64,000 nucleotides of DNA from Chrysomallon squamiferum (lineage: Eukaryota > Animalia > Mollusca). The stretch lies in assembly GCA_012295275.1 (NCBI GenBank), contig CM022673.1, positions 21,328,001 through 21,392,000 of the forward strand, read 5' to 3'. The notes beneath the pieces are model-generated. The model saw only the letters and a list, made by a program, of their open reading frames with translations. It was not told the DNA's origin and did no database searches. Shown piece after piece: positions 40,684-55,419 of the stretch (the stretch's first letter is position 1; each line of letters opens with the position of its first letter). The position numbers and the translations under genes are program-made.

Positions 40684-43600
40684 TTTTGTTGTTGTTCTTT
40701 GTATCAAACAACTTGATATGTTATTTCTCAGTCAACTCTGAATTTAGTCACATTTTCAGTGGAGTTACTTTCTTATCTATTTAGAAGGCTGTAATATTTA
40801 TTTTCAGTTATTTCTTATAACTAACTGCCAACTTTTTGTTGATGTACTTTATCATAAATATTTTATATAATATTGAATACTAATGACAAAATATAAATGC
40901 TTATTGAATAATAAATCAAAGCCTTTTTCGTTTTTTTTTACACTGATGGAATATAAAACATCATCAGCAATAATAAAAAAATATATTGAAAGTGAATATT
41001 AGTATATTGAATTAATTACATTTAACTGTTATTTCATGAATACATACAAAATGTTTATAAATCATACCATATTTAAATCAATTATTTAATTGTAATAAAA
41101 TAAGATGTTTAGGAATATTAAAAAATTCTTTGTTTTTAGAAAGATAAAGCAAATTTCAGTTGGAAAACTGAGGGATATTCAGGGTGGCAGTTTCAAAAGA
41201 TAGGGTTTTTTGATCGATGAAGACATACACAATAATGAAAACAGCTTATAGGGTTTAGCCTTCCTTCAAGTTCATAAAACCATTTCCACCACTGACTATT
41301 TCCATATTTCCACAGTCAAAATATAAGCTTACTACAGTGTAACATTAACTATCAACATCTTTTTGTTTGACCTCTGTGACTATTTAAAGACATATTCTGC
41401 ATTTCTTTTATATATTAGAAGTCTAAAATGCCAAAATGAATTAAATTAATATTGGATAGATAATTAAATGATTCCATTATGATCGACGAATAAACACGCA
41501 ACAGCATTCCTGTCAGTATCATTAATACGCTATTTGATAATTTTAAATTATCAATACTATGACGATACATATTTCAGTATTCTTGATCCATCTCTCGTTG
41601 CATTCAGTCTTTCAAATATTGCAATACAGAAATAAAGATAATTAACTATTAGGCAGAAATCTAGGTATGCCTTATTGAATTGCTGATAAAAACTGTATAT
41701 ATTAAAAGTGTAACTGACAATCCTTTAGTATTTACATACCTAGCCAAGTACGCACACCTGTCCACTCACATTTTAAAGTAAATATTGTTTTCCGGCTTCA
41801 TAAATAAATTTATAATTTTTATTTATTTGTCGAACTTAATAAATATATATTAAATCATGACGTACAGGTAAAAATACAGTCAATTTTTATTTATATTTAG
41901 AAATAATAAAATTATTATTGGCATTTAGATATATCTTGCTTAAAAGTTCGAACTCTTTGAATTGCATGTCAAAACTGTTATCATGTCATATCAGCGTATA
42001 CTGTTACAGAGATTACATTTCGAATTTCATGAAAACGGAAACAGATTTCCCATACTTGAAATGTACTGATAACTAAATTGTGTACGAACTCTTAACGTCA
42101 ATACTTTATATTCACAGTAAACTTTCTTGAACCTTTAGTTTAATGTTTTATTCATTTTTAAAAGAACATGTTACAAATAGACTCACACGTTAGAATGATT
42201 TAGAGATACAGTTTTTCTTTATTAGTGTTATTATTTCAATTATAATTATAATAATTATTATTATTAAAAATGGTGTAATTAAAAAAAAAAAAAAAAAGCA
42301 GTACAAAAATACTTCTAAAATTAAGACTATAGATCTTTCGAATAATATAACGATTGATAGTTCTAATTATATTATTATCCGTAAGTATGTTTGTGTATAT
42401 TTGTGTGTTTGCATGCATGCATGCATATATGTATGTATATAAATATATATATGTATGCATTTGTGTGTGTGTGTGTGCGTGCGTGCGATTTCGTACGTAT
42501 GTGTATCATAAAAAAAAATATCTAGGTTAATACATTTTTATTTTCAAATATACGGTATTGGAACAAACAACCAGAATGTGATATCAAAAACAATTATATT
42601 AAGTTACATGATAAAAAGCCAATTTGCACTTTGTTGTTTGATTCACAATCTGTGATGTTATTTTGCATAGTTTAAATGAATTCTTATAACCTGGAGTTTC
42701 TTGAGTAAGAAAGAATGTTTTGGTACTCAACGTTTTTAAAGTGTTTTATCATTCAGGATGTATTGTGATAAAAAGATATTTTGTTCAAATATACTGAAAC
42801 AGTAAACAAGCCATCTGATAAAACACAAAGTTAGTTCTAAGATTACTCCCTAACCTTTAATATCTGTGTGATTTATTTTTCTGATAATAATGACAATAAT
42901 TATAATAATAATAAACATTATTATATTAACATCATCATTACTTTTAGTTATTAATTTTAAGTTCTATATCAAAAAATATTTTAGCTTCTACATCATGTTC
43001 AAAAATTATTCGGAATTGTCATCATTGGTCTTGTTTAGCTCCGTGGTAAATAAAAATACAAAAACAATAAATAAATAAAACAAAAACAACAACAACAGTA
43101 ACAACAAACAAACAAAAAAAAAATCCACAGTCACATACACACACAAAAAAACCCCACAAAAATAACATAGAAAAAGAGAGAGAAAAAAAGAGAACGAAAC
43201 CAGCAATTTATTTTGACACCTAAAATCATTAGCATTAAACTGTATTTATATATCTTTGAGCTTTAAATAATTAATTAATTTAATCATTCTGTTTTTCTAT
43301 TTCAGATCGAATTTTCTGGAAGAGACAGATGCACTAGAAACTGAATAATCACGCTGGTACTAAAAGACCTCTTCTTTGTAACGATAACGTGCGCGTTCGC
43401 TTGTCCGATTCAAAGCGGCAAGAAAAAATAAATTAACCTCTTTTTTTATGTCCATGTAAGATAAAATAGTTTTATATGTAAGTGTACCTAGTGCCAAAGT
43501 CCCAGCTCATTTCATGATCATTAATACAAATTTTATGACACCAGTGTAACACAATTTCCAAGATACCACAAATGCAATAATATCGAAGTAAGCGAAATCT

Positions 43601-43980
43601 TGGGCTGTTAAGATCTGCTTTTTAATTTACGATCTGAACTAAGTCCGTCTCTAAGATATATTCCTGATAACATTGTGGATGCTGTGTAAAAAAAGGTACA
43701 TAAATAGATTAATACCTATTCATTATTCAACCTGAAATTATAATATGACGACAAGGGTATTGGAGTCGCGGTGACAAATTATCATCATTTTGTAAGCTAC
43801 TGAAAATTTACTTACATCCATCATTACAAAACAAACATTATAAACAAGCCATAAACGAAATAAGAACTCATCACCAAAATAAACACTTTGTGATATATGT
43901 ATCTATTTCAGCAAAAAACAACAGCAAAAAAACAACAACATAAGATTTAAAAAAAATATAACAAAAACAACCCCACCCCA

Positions 43981-43981
43981 A

Positions 43982-44041
<60 letters not shown>

Positions 44042-44080
44042 AAGAAGAAGAAAATTAAAAAAAAAAAAAAAAAAAAAAAA
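43981..44080. repeat. Compound microsatellite (AAT)n(AAG)n poly-A
   Basis: Direct reading; source of low-complexity ORFs 43871-44131 and 43903-44121. Confidence 0.9.
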
Positions 44081-45688
44081 ACAAGAAAAAATAAAAACAA
44101 ACTTAATAACAAAGCGGTCATTCAATGTCACCTTACTTATGTTTGTATATTAATATTACGCACCGAAATTAATTTAAACAGCGGTATCAAAATCTGACAC
44201 CAATGTCTAGCGTCTGCACAATAAATGATAAACATGAACATTTTCTTGTTGATTTTAGCACTGTCTGTGAGATAGCCAGTACATAGTTTAATTTCTACGG
44301 TGTCCAAGAAAGTAATCTCACTTTTTCAGTTGACATTATGTTTAAAAAAAATTAAAAAAATAAAATAAAAGAATAAAACAAAACAAGACAGAAAAAACAC
44401 TCTGCTTCTTTGTATAGGATTATTTATTTATTTATTCTTTTCTAATTTATATTAATTTTTTTTTTCACTGTGTTATTTTTTTTATTTTTTATTTTTTTTT
44501 AAAGAACGACAGGTAAGAAACAGCCTAATTCGATTAAAATATGAATTTTTGTTTTAAAAATAAAGTCACTGTAATGCAATCTAAGCAATTCCCAAATAAT
44601 TTAAGATGTTCACTTTTCATATTTAATTAATTTGCTGGCCAGAATTATTTTGCGGACGTCAGATAATTCATGTGCATGTTAATACTACACATTTAGGTTC
44701 TTGATTTGAAATGATATCAATTTATAACATTATAGATGTTGTGGGGCGGGGGTGGGGGAGAGAAATTAAAAAGAAAAGAAATAAAAGAAAAGACGGAAGA
44801 AACTAATCCAATATGCTACGTGAAAGTTTGGCAGGCACTAAAACTATAATTACAATTAAAATATTGCAGAGTGAATACTTAAGGAAAATTCCGCGCACAT
44901 TAGCATTAACTGTTACTAGGGGTCAATTAGATATTTCTTGATGAAACAAAAGTGGAAATCCATAACTTCACGGATATCCTGATATTTTCTGGTGCACTAA
45001 TGATTACTGACATGTTATTTGTAGTTTACCTATATCTAATAGTAGTCTCAGACTCAGAATTTTCATTCCCGGCAAGAAAGCACGTACCATTGCTTTTGAT
45101 AAACGGAACAGGCACCAGCTCGAAACATTTGAATAAGAGAACAATATCTCTGCAACACGCTCTGATCATTAACCTATATATATATTTCTTTGCACTGGTT
45201 TTTAATACAATTATTATTACAAACGATAATGATATCTAAAGTCAGCGCACAAATACCAGTCATGCGCAGTCGCCTTATTAATCTTTGTTGTTTCTCTTTA
45301 CCAACGCACTCAAAGCGTTATTTTTGTATTCTAATCCACGTCTATTATTTATCATTTCTGATACGATTCGGTTTGTCGCCAACAGATTTAAGGGTGATAT
45401 TTCTTTTTGACAACAAAACACTTAAATACGTAAATACTAACTATGGAATTAGTTGTTAGGAAATTTATTAAACTTTGTTTGAAATACTGACTTATAGACA
45501 ATCCATCCATTGATCTGTAATTTATTCTCGGACTTTTAAAGAAAATCGTCAATAAATCCGTTTCAAGGAGAAATTATAAGCTTCAGTTATTATGTATTAA
45601 GTTAAGAGCATACAACCAAAGATAATGTCTGTTTCGTCTCGAAAAACACCAAAAACCAAACCCCCCCCCCCAAAAACCCAAATCAAGA

Positions 45689-45742
<54 letters not shown>

Positions 45743-45904
45743 CCTACTTCCCCAAAACGAAACAGAGAGAAAAAAAAAAAAAAAAATAGAAACAAAATTT
45801 TCGCAGAAGAAAACACCAATACAGTCTCTATGCTTTGATATTTTATAGTAATTAAAACAACATCAAAAACAACAAATATAATAAATGAATGAATAAATAA
45901 ATAA

Positions 45905-45961
<57 letters not shown>
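45689..45961. repeat. (AAT)n and (TA)n microsatellites
   Basis: (AAT)n at ~45689-45741; (ATAA)n/(ATAC)n/(TA)n at ~45890-45961. Confidence 0.85.
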
Positions 45962-45964
<3 letters not shown>

Positions 45965-46929
45965 GTATTGCAAAATTTACTACTGTCATTATTTTATTAA
46001 TAGTAGTAAATGAACTGAGCACTAAAGGAAAGTGTGAACTCGAATAATAAATGCCATCAAATTAACTCTTTTTTTTCTTCTTTTATAAAATATATTTTTT
46101 AAATTTTAAGTTTTTCTAATTATTATTTAGTTAGTTAGTTAGTTTGTATTGTTTTAACGTTTCCACAAGAAATGACGAAATGAACGTGACCACGCTTTAA
46201 CTGACAGACGATAAAGTGCATCAGAATGATAAATTGTTCTTTCGTTTCCATTATACATCTTTTGCTGAAAACAGTTTGACTTAAAACCACTTGAAACAGC
46301 TTCAGATATGAAAACATGTCATTTTTATCGCGCAATGTGCTATAACGCAGGATTAATGAACTCAAATACTTAGATCCTATCCCAGTGTTTTCGACTTATT
46401 GTGGAACAAGAATGACATTGAATATGTTTTCTTACTAGATTACGACCAGCATATGCTCTTAACAGCAGTCTATGCAATCTCTTTAAAATTAATTAATTAA
46501 TTAATCTCTTATTACTTACAAATACCGTATATTACCAGAAAAAAAAAATAATAATAATTACGGGAAATCAATTATTTACCGATAATTCCAAATGGCGCCA
46601 CACCAGCAAATAATAATTTACATTAGACTTTATAATTAAGTTAACCTGGAATCTAAGCGAAATAAACAGACACATAGAATAATAATAAGGAACAAATCGA
46701 ATATCAACAAATCAATTAACTAAGAACAGTAAACGAAAGAATATTAAAGTGTGGAGCATTACTATACAATATAGTACTAAGTCAACCAAACAGAAAAAAA
46801 ATAAAAAATAAAGCATTACAATTCGGCGGGTATCAGTAAGAAACAGTAACATTCACGTATTTTATAAATCGGCCTAAAATGATGCATTAAACACCATCAG
46901 TACAAAATAGGCCTAAATACAGTACCATT

Positions 46930-48930
46930 TAAGTAAAGTGGACGAAAAAAAGAAACAGTGCAGCGCTGTACAATACAATACAGCGCGATTCATGTAAAGT
47001 GAACTAAAGTGAAGAAAACAACACTACAGTGCAGTGCAGTGTAGTACAGTACAATACAGCGCCATTCATGTAAAGTGAACTAAAGTGAAGAAAACAACAC
47101 TACAGTGCAGTGCAGTACAGTACAATACATCGCCATTCATGTAAAGTGAACTAAAGTGAAGAAAACAACACTACAGTGCAGTGCAGTGTAGTACAGTACA
47201 ATACAGCGCCATTCATGTAAAGTGAACTAAAGTGAAGAAAACAACACTACAGTGCAGTGCAGTACAGTACAATACATCGCCATTCATGTAAAGTGAACTA
47301 AAGTGAAGAAAACAACACTACAGTGCAGTGTAGTACAGTACAATACAGCGCGATTCAAGTAAAGTGAACTAAAGTGAAGAAAACAGCACTACAGTGCATT
47401 GCAGTACGATACAATACAGCGCGATTCAAGTAAAGTGAACTAAAGTGAAGAAAACAGCACTACAGTGCATTGCAGTACGATAGAATACAGCACCATTCAA
47501 GTAAAGTGAACTAAATTGAAGAAAACAACACTACAGTACAGTGCAGTGAAGTACAACAGAATACAGCACCATTCAAGTAAAATGAACTAAAGTGAAGAGG
47601 ACAACACTACAGTGCAGTGCAGTACAGTACAATACAGCACCATTCAAGTAAAATGAACTAAAGTGAAGAAAACAACACTACAGTGCAGTGCAGTACAGTA
47701 CAATACAGCACCATTCAAGTAAAATGAACTAAAGTGAAGAAAACAACACTACATTGCGATGCAGTACGATACAATACAGCGCGATTCAAGTAAAGTGAAC
47801 TAAAGTGAAGAAAACAGCACTACAGTGCAGTGCAGTACGATAGAATACAGCACCATTCAAGTAAAGTGAACTAAATTGAAGAAAACAACACTACAGTACA
47901 GTGCAGTGAAGTACAACAGAATACAGCACCATTCAAGTAAAATGAACTAAAGTGAAGAGGACAACACTACAGTGCAGTGCAGTACAGTACAATACAGCAC
48001 CATTCAAGTAAAATGAACTAAAGTGAAGAAAACAACACTACAGTGCAGTGCAGTACAGTACAATACAGCACCATTCAAGTAAAATGAACTAAAGTGAAGA
48101 AAACAACACTACATTGCGATGCAGTACGATACAATACAGCGCGATTCATGTAAAGTGAACTAAAGTGAAGAAAACAGCACTACAGAGCAGTGCAATGCAG
48201 TACAGTACAATACAGCGCCATTCAAGTAAAGTGAGCTAAAGTGAAGAAAACAACACTACAATGCAGTGCAGTACAATACAGCGCCATTCCAGTAAAGTGA
48301 ACTAAAGTGAAGAAAACAACACTACAGTGCAGTGCAGTACAGTACAATACATCGCCATTCATGTAAAGTGAACTAAAGTGAAGAAAACAACACTACAGTG
48401 CAGTGCAGTACGATACAATACAGCGCCATTCAAGTAAAGTGAACTAAAGTGAAGGAAACAACACTACAGTGCGATGCAGTGCAGTACGATACAATACAGC
48501 ACCATTCAAGTAAAGTGAACTAAAGTGAAGAAAACAACACTACAGTGCAGTACAGTGTAGTACAGTACAATATAGCGCCATTCAAGTAAAGTGAACTAAA
48601 GTGAAGAAAACAATACTACAGTGCAGTGCAGTACAGTACAGCGCCATTCAAGTAAAGTGAACTAAAGTGAAGAAAACAACACTACAGTGCAGTACAGTAC
48701 AATACAATACAGCGCCATTCATGTAAAGTGAACTAAAGTGAAGAAAACAACATTACAGTGCAGTACAGTACAATACAATATCACTGAAATAACGTGGACT
48801 AAAGTTACGAAAATATTATAACAGTGAGGACAGTACAATACAATACAAAATCACTGAAATAAAGTGAACTACAATGAAGAAAACAGCACTACAGTGAGGA
48901 CAATACAATTAAATACAGTACCGTGTAAGT
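46930..48930. repeat. Tandem satellite, 71-bp monomer (66/71/76 variants), ~27 copies, with 360-bp higher-order repeat
   Basis: Monomer taaagtgaactaaagtgaagaaaacaacactacagtgcagtgcagtacagtacaatacagcgccattcaag; 47401-47760 is nearly identical to 47761-48120. Confidence 0.95.
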
Positions 48931-49068
48931 GAAGATAATCAAAATAAAACGAAAAATATTCCTTTACTTGTTTGATGATTCCATTTAATAATTATTTTTA
49001 TACTGGAAAACAAAATATGAATTAATGTAAGTAGTGATTATTTCAAATCCATCAAAAATTCTCTGTTA

Positions 49069-49102
<34 letters not shown>

Positions 49103-49272
49103 CAACAACAACAACAAAAAATAAACAATAATAAAAAAATTAAAAAATTAAAAAAAAAAAAATTAAAAAATTAAAAACTGAACTTTAGAATAATCTACCC
49201 GGTTACCCAGTTATTTTTCATACGCAGAATACTATCTCGTATTTTCATTGGTCAAAGATATATGACGGTGAG

Positions 49273-49279
49273 TATAAAA
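49273..49279 (+). promoter_or_regulatory. TATA box of hemolectin-like gene
   Basis: TATAAAA 139 bp upstream of ATG 49412, with an Inr-like TCAGC ~25 nt downstream. Confidence 0.6.
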
Positions 49280-49335
49280 CCGTATTAAGTAAAGTTTCAG
49301 CAGAAAGAGCAAAGCAAAAGATTTGCCTTTTAATA

Positions 49336-49352
49336 CCGCCACCTAGTGGCAG
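49336..49352 (-). promoter_or_regulatory. CTCF consensus site
   Basis: Reverse complement CTGCCACTAGGTGGCGG matches the CTCF core CCASYAGRKGGCRS; GC-rich motif in a very AT-rich background. Confidence 0.65.
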
Positions 49353-49411
49353 CTGAAACGTCCAAAGAGTGCGCTCAACTATAATCAGTCGATATAACCG
49401 TGCTAAAGAAT

Positions 49412-50383
49412 ATGGCACTAAGTGCCTGGCTCAAGGCCGCCTGTCTTGGACTTGTTTTGTCTTCTTTGGTTGACGCCAGGTAAGTAACAGTTAATTAACA
49501 GTTAAAATATTAGTAATTTTAAAATTCATTTTACTTTCATTTTTATCTTTTAGAATTTTTAGTAATTTGTTTAATAAACGTTTAATAATAATTAAAAATA
49601 AAAATAAATAAATAATAATTAAGCTAAATTTTAAATTTCCTTATCTGTTATTTAGTTCCAGTAGGATAATATACAGTAGTTTAATAAGAATTCTTCGTTT
49701 CTATGTCAAGATTAAGCATTACCTAACTTTTAACAACAACAACAACAACGATAATGATGATGATGATGATGGTTGCCGAATTATTATTGATAAACACTGT
49801 CAATAAAGTGAAAACACTCGCACTGCATATCTGCAAAAAAGTAGCAACTTAGACAGTTATAGTAGCTAGAAACTCGATTCACTGAAACATCGACAGATAC
49901 AAATTTACAACTCTTTGGAGAAATGTGGCTCAATTTACAACGCCTGATTTATCTTAGCTGCAGTTAGCTATATACGTACAGTTCTTAGATACACACATTG
50001 TGAAAACAAAAGAAAACAACAACAGCAACAACAAGAATAATAATAATAAAGAAATTTCTTTTTAAAATTTAAAATATCAATTTTTTTAAAAATAAAGTTA
50101 ATAAATTCGATCCGCAAAATGTCGAACTTTGCCATCATAAAGCTTTTGGTTAATAAAATTCCCAGAATAAACAAAACAAAACAAAACTAAACAAAATAAA
50201 TAAATAAATAAATAACTTTATAAAGACTAATCAAACCGCATAATAAACATTTTCATTTCAAGAAGCAACGTTCTGTTTATTTCAAGATACTCTACATTAA
50301 AAAAACAACAACATATCTATCTTTTAAACTTAATCACGATAAATAAACAGCAACAGAAACAAAAGCAATAATGATGATGATGC

Positions 50384-50434
<51 letters not shown>

Positions 50435-51867
50435 GGCCAATAATAATAATGATAATGTGATGATTATGGTGATGATAAATAAACGGATAACTTTCAGCTA
50501 CTTTTCAGTCGTTTATCATTCAATACTTTTACGTTATTTAATGATTTGCAATCTATCAAACAGTTTACTTTTGTAGTAGGTCTCTCTCCATCTTATGGCT
50601 ACCTACCTCAGATAGTGTTTATATACGTTAGGCGATTATTTAGTGAGAAGAAATAGTAATTTGACATTACACCTCCCTAGTTAAGTTGGGCCAAACTGTT
50701 TGGAAAGGGATCACAGTATCAGTGACTTATGGCCATTGGGTTAGAGAAATACTACATACACTGATATTAAAACCACACTGTTTCTTAAAATGAACAAGTA
50801 TATTGTTATATTTCATTAATAAAAATTATATTTGATTGTGTGCAGATATTTTCCCCTTTTACTTTTTAGTATGTGTGCGTGAGATGTAAAATGGTTCGAA
50901 AATATTTATTGGTTTTGTAGTACTAACTTTATGTTTATTTCTTTAAATGTTTAGCATTATACTTCAAAATACATGCATATATACATACATACATACATAC
51001 ATACATACAAATATATATATATAAAAGAAGAAGATAAATGTGTGTGTGTATGTGTGTGTCTCTGTGTGTATTTCTTAATCAGTCAAAAAGCAATATTTAA
51101 TGAGACGCTAATAACTGTATTTGACACAATAAAGAATCAGTTATCTACCCAAAGTGGTGTTAATATTTCTGTCAGAAGCTGGTAACGGAATTTGTTCTTA
51201 ATGCCAGCCATATTTACAAAACGGTCTATCAATCCTTCTTTTTTTTACATCTTTTTTTTGAAGTTATATAATTGAAAGATTAAACATATTTTTAGGTAAC
51301 GTTATATGATTTTAATTATCTACAGATTATTAATAAATTACTATTTTTCAGAGCTGGCAGATACAAGAGACAATCAGGAGGTAAGTAGTCGAGATTAAGA
51401 AGAAAATTCACAAAAACAAAAGAAAAACTTAGAAGTTCAAAACATACTGCTCCATTCTTGAGCGGTATATATTCGGCGGAAACTATTCATAGTAGAAAGT
51501 TACATCTGCCACCGATATGACTAGTTCTTTTATAAAATATAAATTCTGGAATCTTCATTGCAGATTAACAGAAAATTAAATATTATAGTATAGTGTAGAT
51601 ACAAATATTTTACGATATAAACTGCATGCTATAACTCTGTTGGTTTTTTCTTTTTTCTTTTCTAGGACTATGTAAACCGCTCCCAGCGCCGGCTAACGGG
51701 AAAATAGACTGCGTCGACTCGCTTTTCGATTAGTAAGTACAATTTTATCGTCTTAATATTAAAATTAAAGAATATGAATTAACCGGAAATGAAACTGAAA
51801 GAGAAATTGTTTCCTATCTGATTATGATAATAATTAATTTAAAAACAACAACAACAACAAACAAAAC

Positions 51868-51927
<60 letters not shown>

Positions 51928-52148
51928 AATAAATAAATAAATAAATTTAAAAAAGAATTCTTCATTATGCTGTTACATTGATATTTGGCCATGAGTCTGC
52001 TTCGAACTTGTTAAACTCATTAAATAATATTATAAGATGAAACATGGATTTATATATATTTAAAGAAATAATTCTAACTTCAGCGATGACTATAGCGGCG
52101 CACTTTATTACAGTAACAAGAGTAAATTTATAAGTGTTGTTAGACCAG

Positions 52149-52201
<53 letters not shown>

Positions 52202-53221
52202 ACACAGCATATTAACAGTTATATACAATGTTGTGTGTGTATGCTACTTTTTGAGTTATAACGACATTTTAAATTAAATCTTAACAAACATCATTCACAA
52301 CAAATATTGATGAAGCGAGTGCGCATTGATACTTTTCATTGAGTGGCTGTTGCTGAACAATTATTTTATTTCTTATTGTTTTATTATTATTATATTTTGT
52401 TTACATAATAGAGTTTTATAGTCTTACGGGTTGAAAATGATAAATAAATAATAATAATAATAATAATAATAAATATAATGATGATGATGATAATAATAAT
52501 AATAAACCAACTTATTAGGAATGTAAGAAATATAACAGGCTTTAATAAGAATTACCTGTTGATATGAATGAAGTAGCATGGACCAACATGAAAGATAACT
52601 CGTAACGGCACAAATTGCGTCTGCTCAAAAAATGGCACCAGATTTTTCCAATTTAATACAAACTGCACCTGAATGTTCTTTTCTGATAGATTCTAACACG
52701 GGGAACATTGCCAACTAGAAAAGTTAATATATTAATCTTTTACAAAATTCTAATTTCAGTTTATTATGTACGCATTTGCACAAAAATAATCCAATTTGAA
52801 GAGCTTGATTAAAGTAAAAGTGTAATTAGGAGAGGTGCTCTACATAATGGTTTTGTAATATGAACAACCATTCATACATTTATTAATGTAAAATCACAAA
52901 AAAGTACAGAAAATGGACGTAAAATTTATGACTTTGAAAGTTTAAAACCCTGACATGTCGGTTTTCGAGCGTATACAGAAATCCGATCGAAATTCAAGAT
53001 GACTGCCGTCCGATGCATGACAGTGTTTACAAACTTTTAAACATATATTACTTCATGATGTAATCAATTCTACGTGGATTATTAACGTAATATATTTATA
53101 TATAATCAATGCCTCGTGTACACAGACGTCTGTTATAGAGTAGAAATTGTTGCAAAGGTCGAAACCTTTTATTTATTTATTTTTATGCTAACTTTGACGT
53201 CATACCATCTCGAACCCGTTT

Positions 53222-53272
<51 letters not shown>

Positions 53273-55359
53273 TCAAATATTATTACAACTTTGCAAACAA
53301 ACAAAAAATAAAAAAAATAAAAAAACAAACAAACAAGAAATAACAAAAAAACAAACAACATTAAACAAAAAGAAAATAATTTTCACCGACACTGGCGCAT
53401 AAACATGAAAATGACAATTCGCAATGGGTACCACAATGTGGTCATGTTGCTCTGCCAAAATTCCATAGCGGACAGTTCTGAGTACGTTGTTGTAAAACAA
53501 TACTTGAAACCATTATCATTCTTTTTCACTTTTCTTTTCTTTTTTTAAAATATATTTTTAATTTTCATTTTCAATGCATTACAGTTCATATTTACATGTA
53601 AACATTTATTATAGTGCTTGACACCAGTTTTTGGACAGAAAATTTAAATTTGTTTTTAAAGGTCCGTCAATATAAAAATAAAATAAATAAAAATATCACA
53701 CTTTTTAATTAAACAATGAGTTTCCAATTTGAATTTTAAAAAAAATCATTGGTCCATGCTACATGAAGAAAAGATGAAAAAAGACAACTTTTAATTAATA
53801 TTATTTTTGTGTCTTTATTTTAATTAGGTATTAAATCTGTATAAATTTGATATTGCTAAATCATTTATGCATCTAGATGGAAGATACCTATATATAGCTA
53901 TCAAGCTGTATATAAAAGTGTTTTTAATTAAAATAATACACAAAAGTGATTCTGCGCATATGTCACACTTCGGTTTCCTATTTGACTAATCACTGAACTT
54001 CTGTTTTTTGCTATGGAGCATTACTGTGAATCTCTTATTAAAAACTAATTCATTCCAAATGTTTCTGTTAGAAAGAGTAATGCAGCTCAGCTGCGCGACT
54101 GACAAAACCATGTCACTGACAGATAAAAAAAATAATAAATAAAAATGAAAATAGAATTACAGATGGATAAAACAAACATACAATGGCATGTCATTTATTC
54201 AGTAGCAATGCAAACGCATTTTTATTGTCAAATATATTCTAAACCAAATAAAAAAGAAAACCAGTCCCAAATGTAAAAAACTAAAAACTTTTTGAAGATA
54301 TCTATAATAGTTGTAAAAGATATCGCATTACAAAGTTTTCAAAAATCTATTTTCCATATATCGGAAATCTGAGGATTTAAAAAAAAAGAAAAAAAAGTTC
54401 ACCTTAAGTCACCCGAATTTTAATTCAAGAGATATCTTTATCAATTTTGTATTATCTGTTCAATAAAGTGTTCTTTTTATGAACACCTTAATAGTGGTAG
54501 TCTAACCGAGTTAAGTATTATTTTTCAGACATGTTTCAATTGATTTATGAAAATGAGATCATACCTGGGTAAGAGTTGTGGTTCGTGAATAATATTTTTT
54601 TTCTATTATTTTGATGTTTACTACTGCAGACGACCACATAGGGTTGTCGTTCCTGAGGTTATTTTTCGCGAATCGGGCACTACTGCTTTACTTTATTGAC
54701 TATTAAACCATAAATATGGGGATTATTTCTGAAATACGAGGCAGAATGTAGCATGGACCAACAGGAACGATAACAGGTAACGGCACAAATTACATCACCG
54801 GAAAAAATGCCCCCAGAATTTAATTGGTGCAAACTACAACTGATTTTTCTTTTCTGACTCGGGGTTCTGACACGGGAAATATTGCCAATTAGAAAAGTTA
54901 ATACATTAATCTTATATCGAATTATAGTTTTATATGCACGCATTTTCACAAAAATAATCCAGTTACGAAAGCCGCAGGACATGATGGTTTGGTAATATGA
55001 ACACCCATCCTATCAGTGTAAGTCATAAACAGTTCAGAAAATAGACTGAATAAATAAAATAATTGAATTTGGGAGTTTGAAAACTTCCGTGAGCTCACGG
55101 AAACTTCCGATCGAAATGCAAGATGTCAGCGTAGAGCGCGATCAATTCTTTTAAACATGGATTGCAATCAATTCTACATGGATTACTAAAAGTAATTTGG
55201 GGAAATATGTCATTTAATCAACGCCTCATATACAGAGATGGCTGTTATTGAGTAGAAATTGCTGCAGAGGTCTAAACCTTTTTTTTCGTTGCCGTTTCTT
55301 ATTTTCAGATATTATGACGTCGCCAGCCAAAAAAAAAAAAATATATATATATAACAAAA

Positions 55360-55419
<60 letters not shown>

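Noticed and set aside
41160-43350. Orphan plus-strand acceptor-like sites suggesting a small divergent coding gene
   Set aside because: No phase-consistent coding chain could be built; all frames close within ~20 codons.
42236-46365. Several 60-110 aa ORFs with poly-F/L/I runs
   Set aside because: Translations of microsatellites and poly-A/T tracts.
46930-48930. Regularly spaced repeats superficially like a CRISPR array
   Set aside because: No unique spacers, head-to-tail monomers, no cas genes, eukaryotic intron-exon context.
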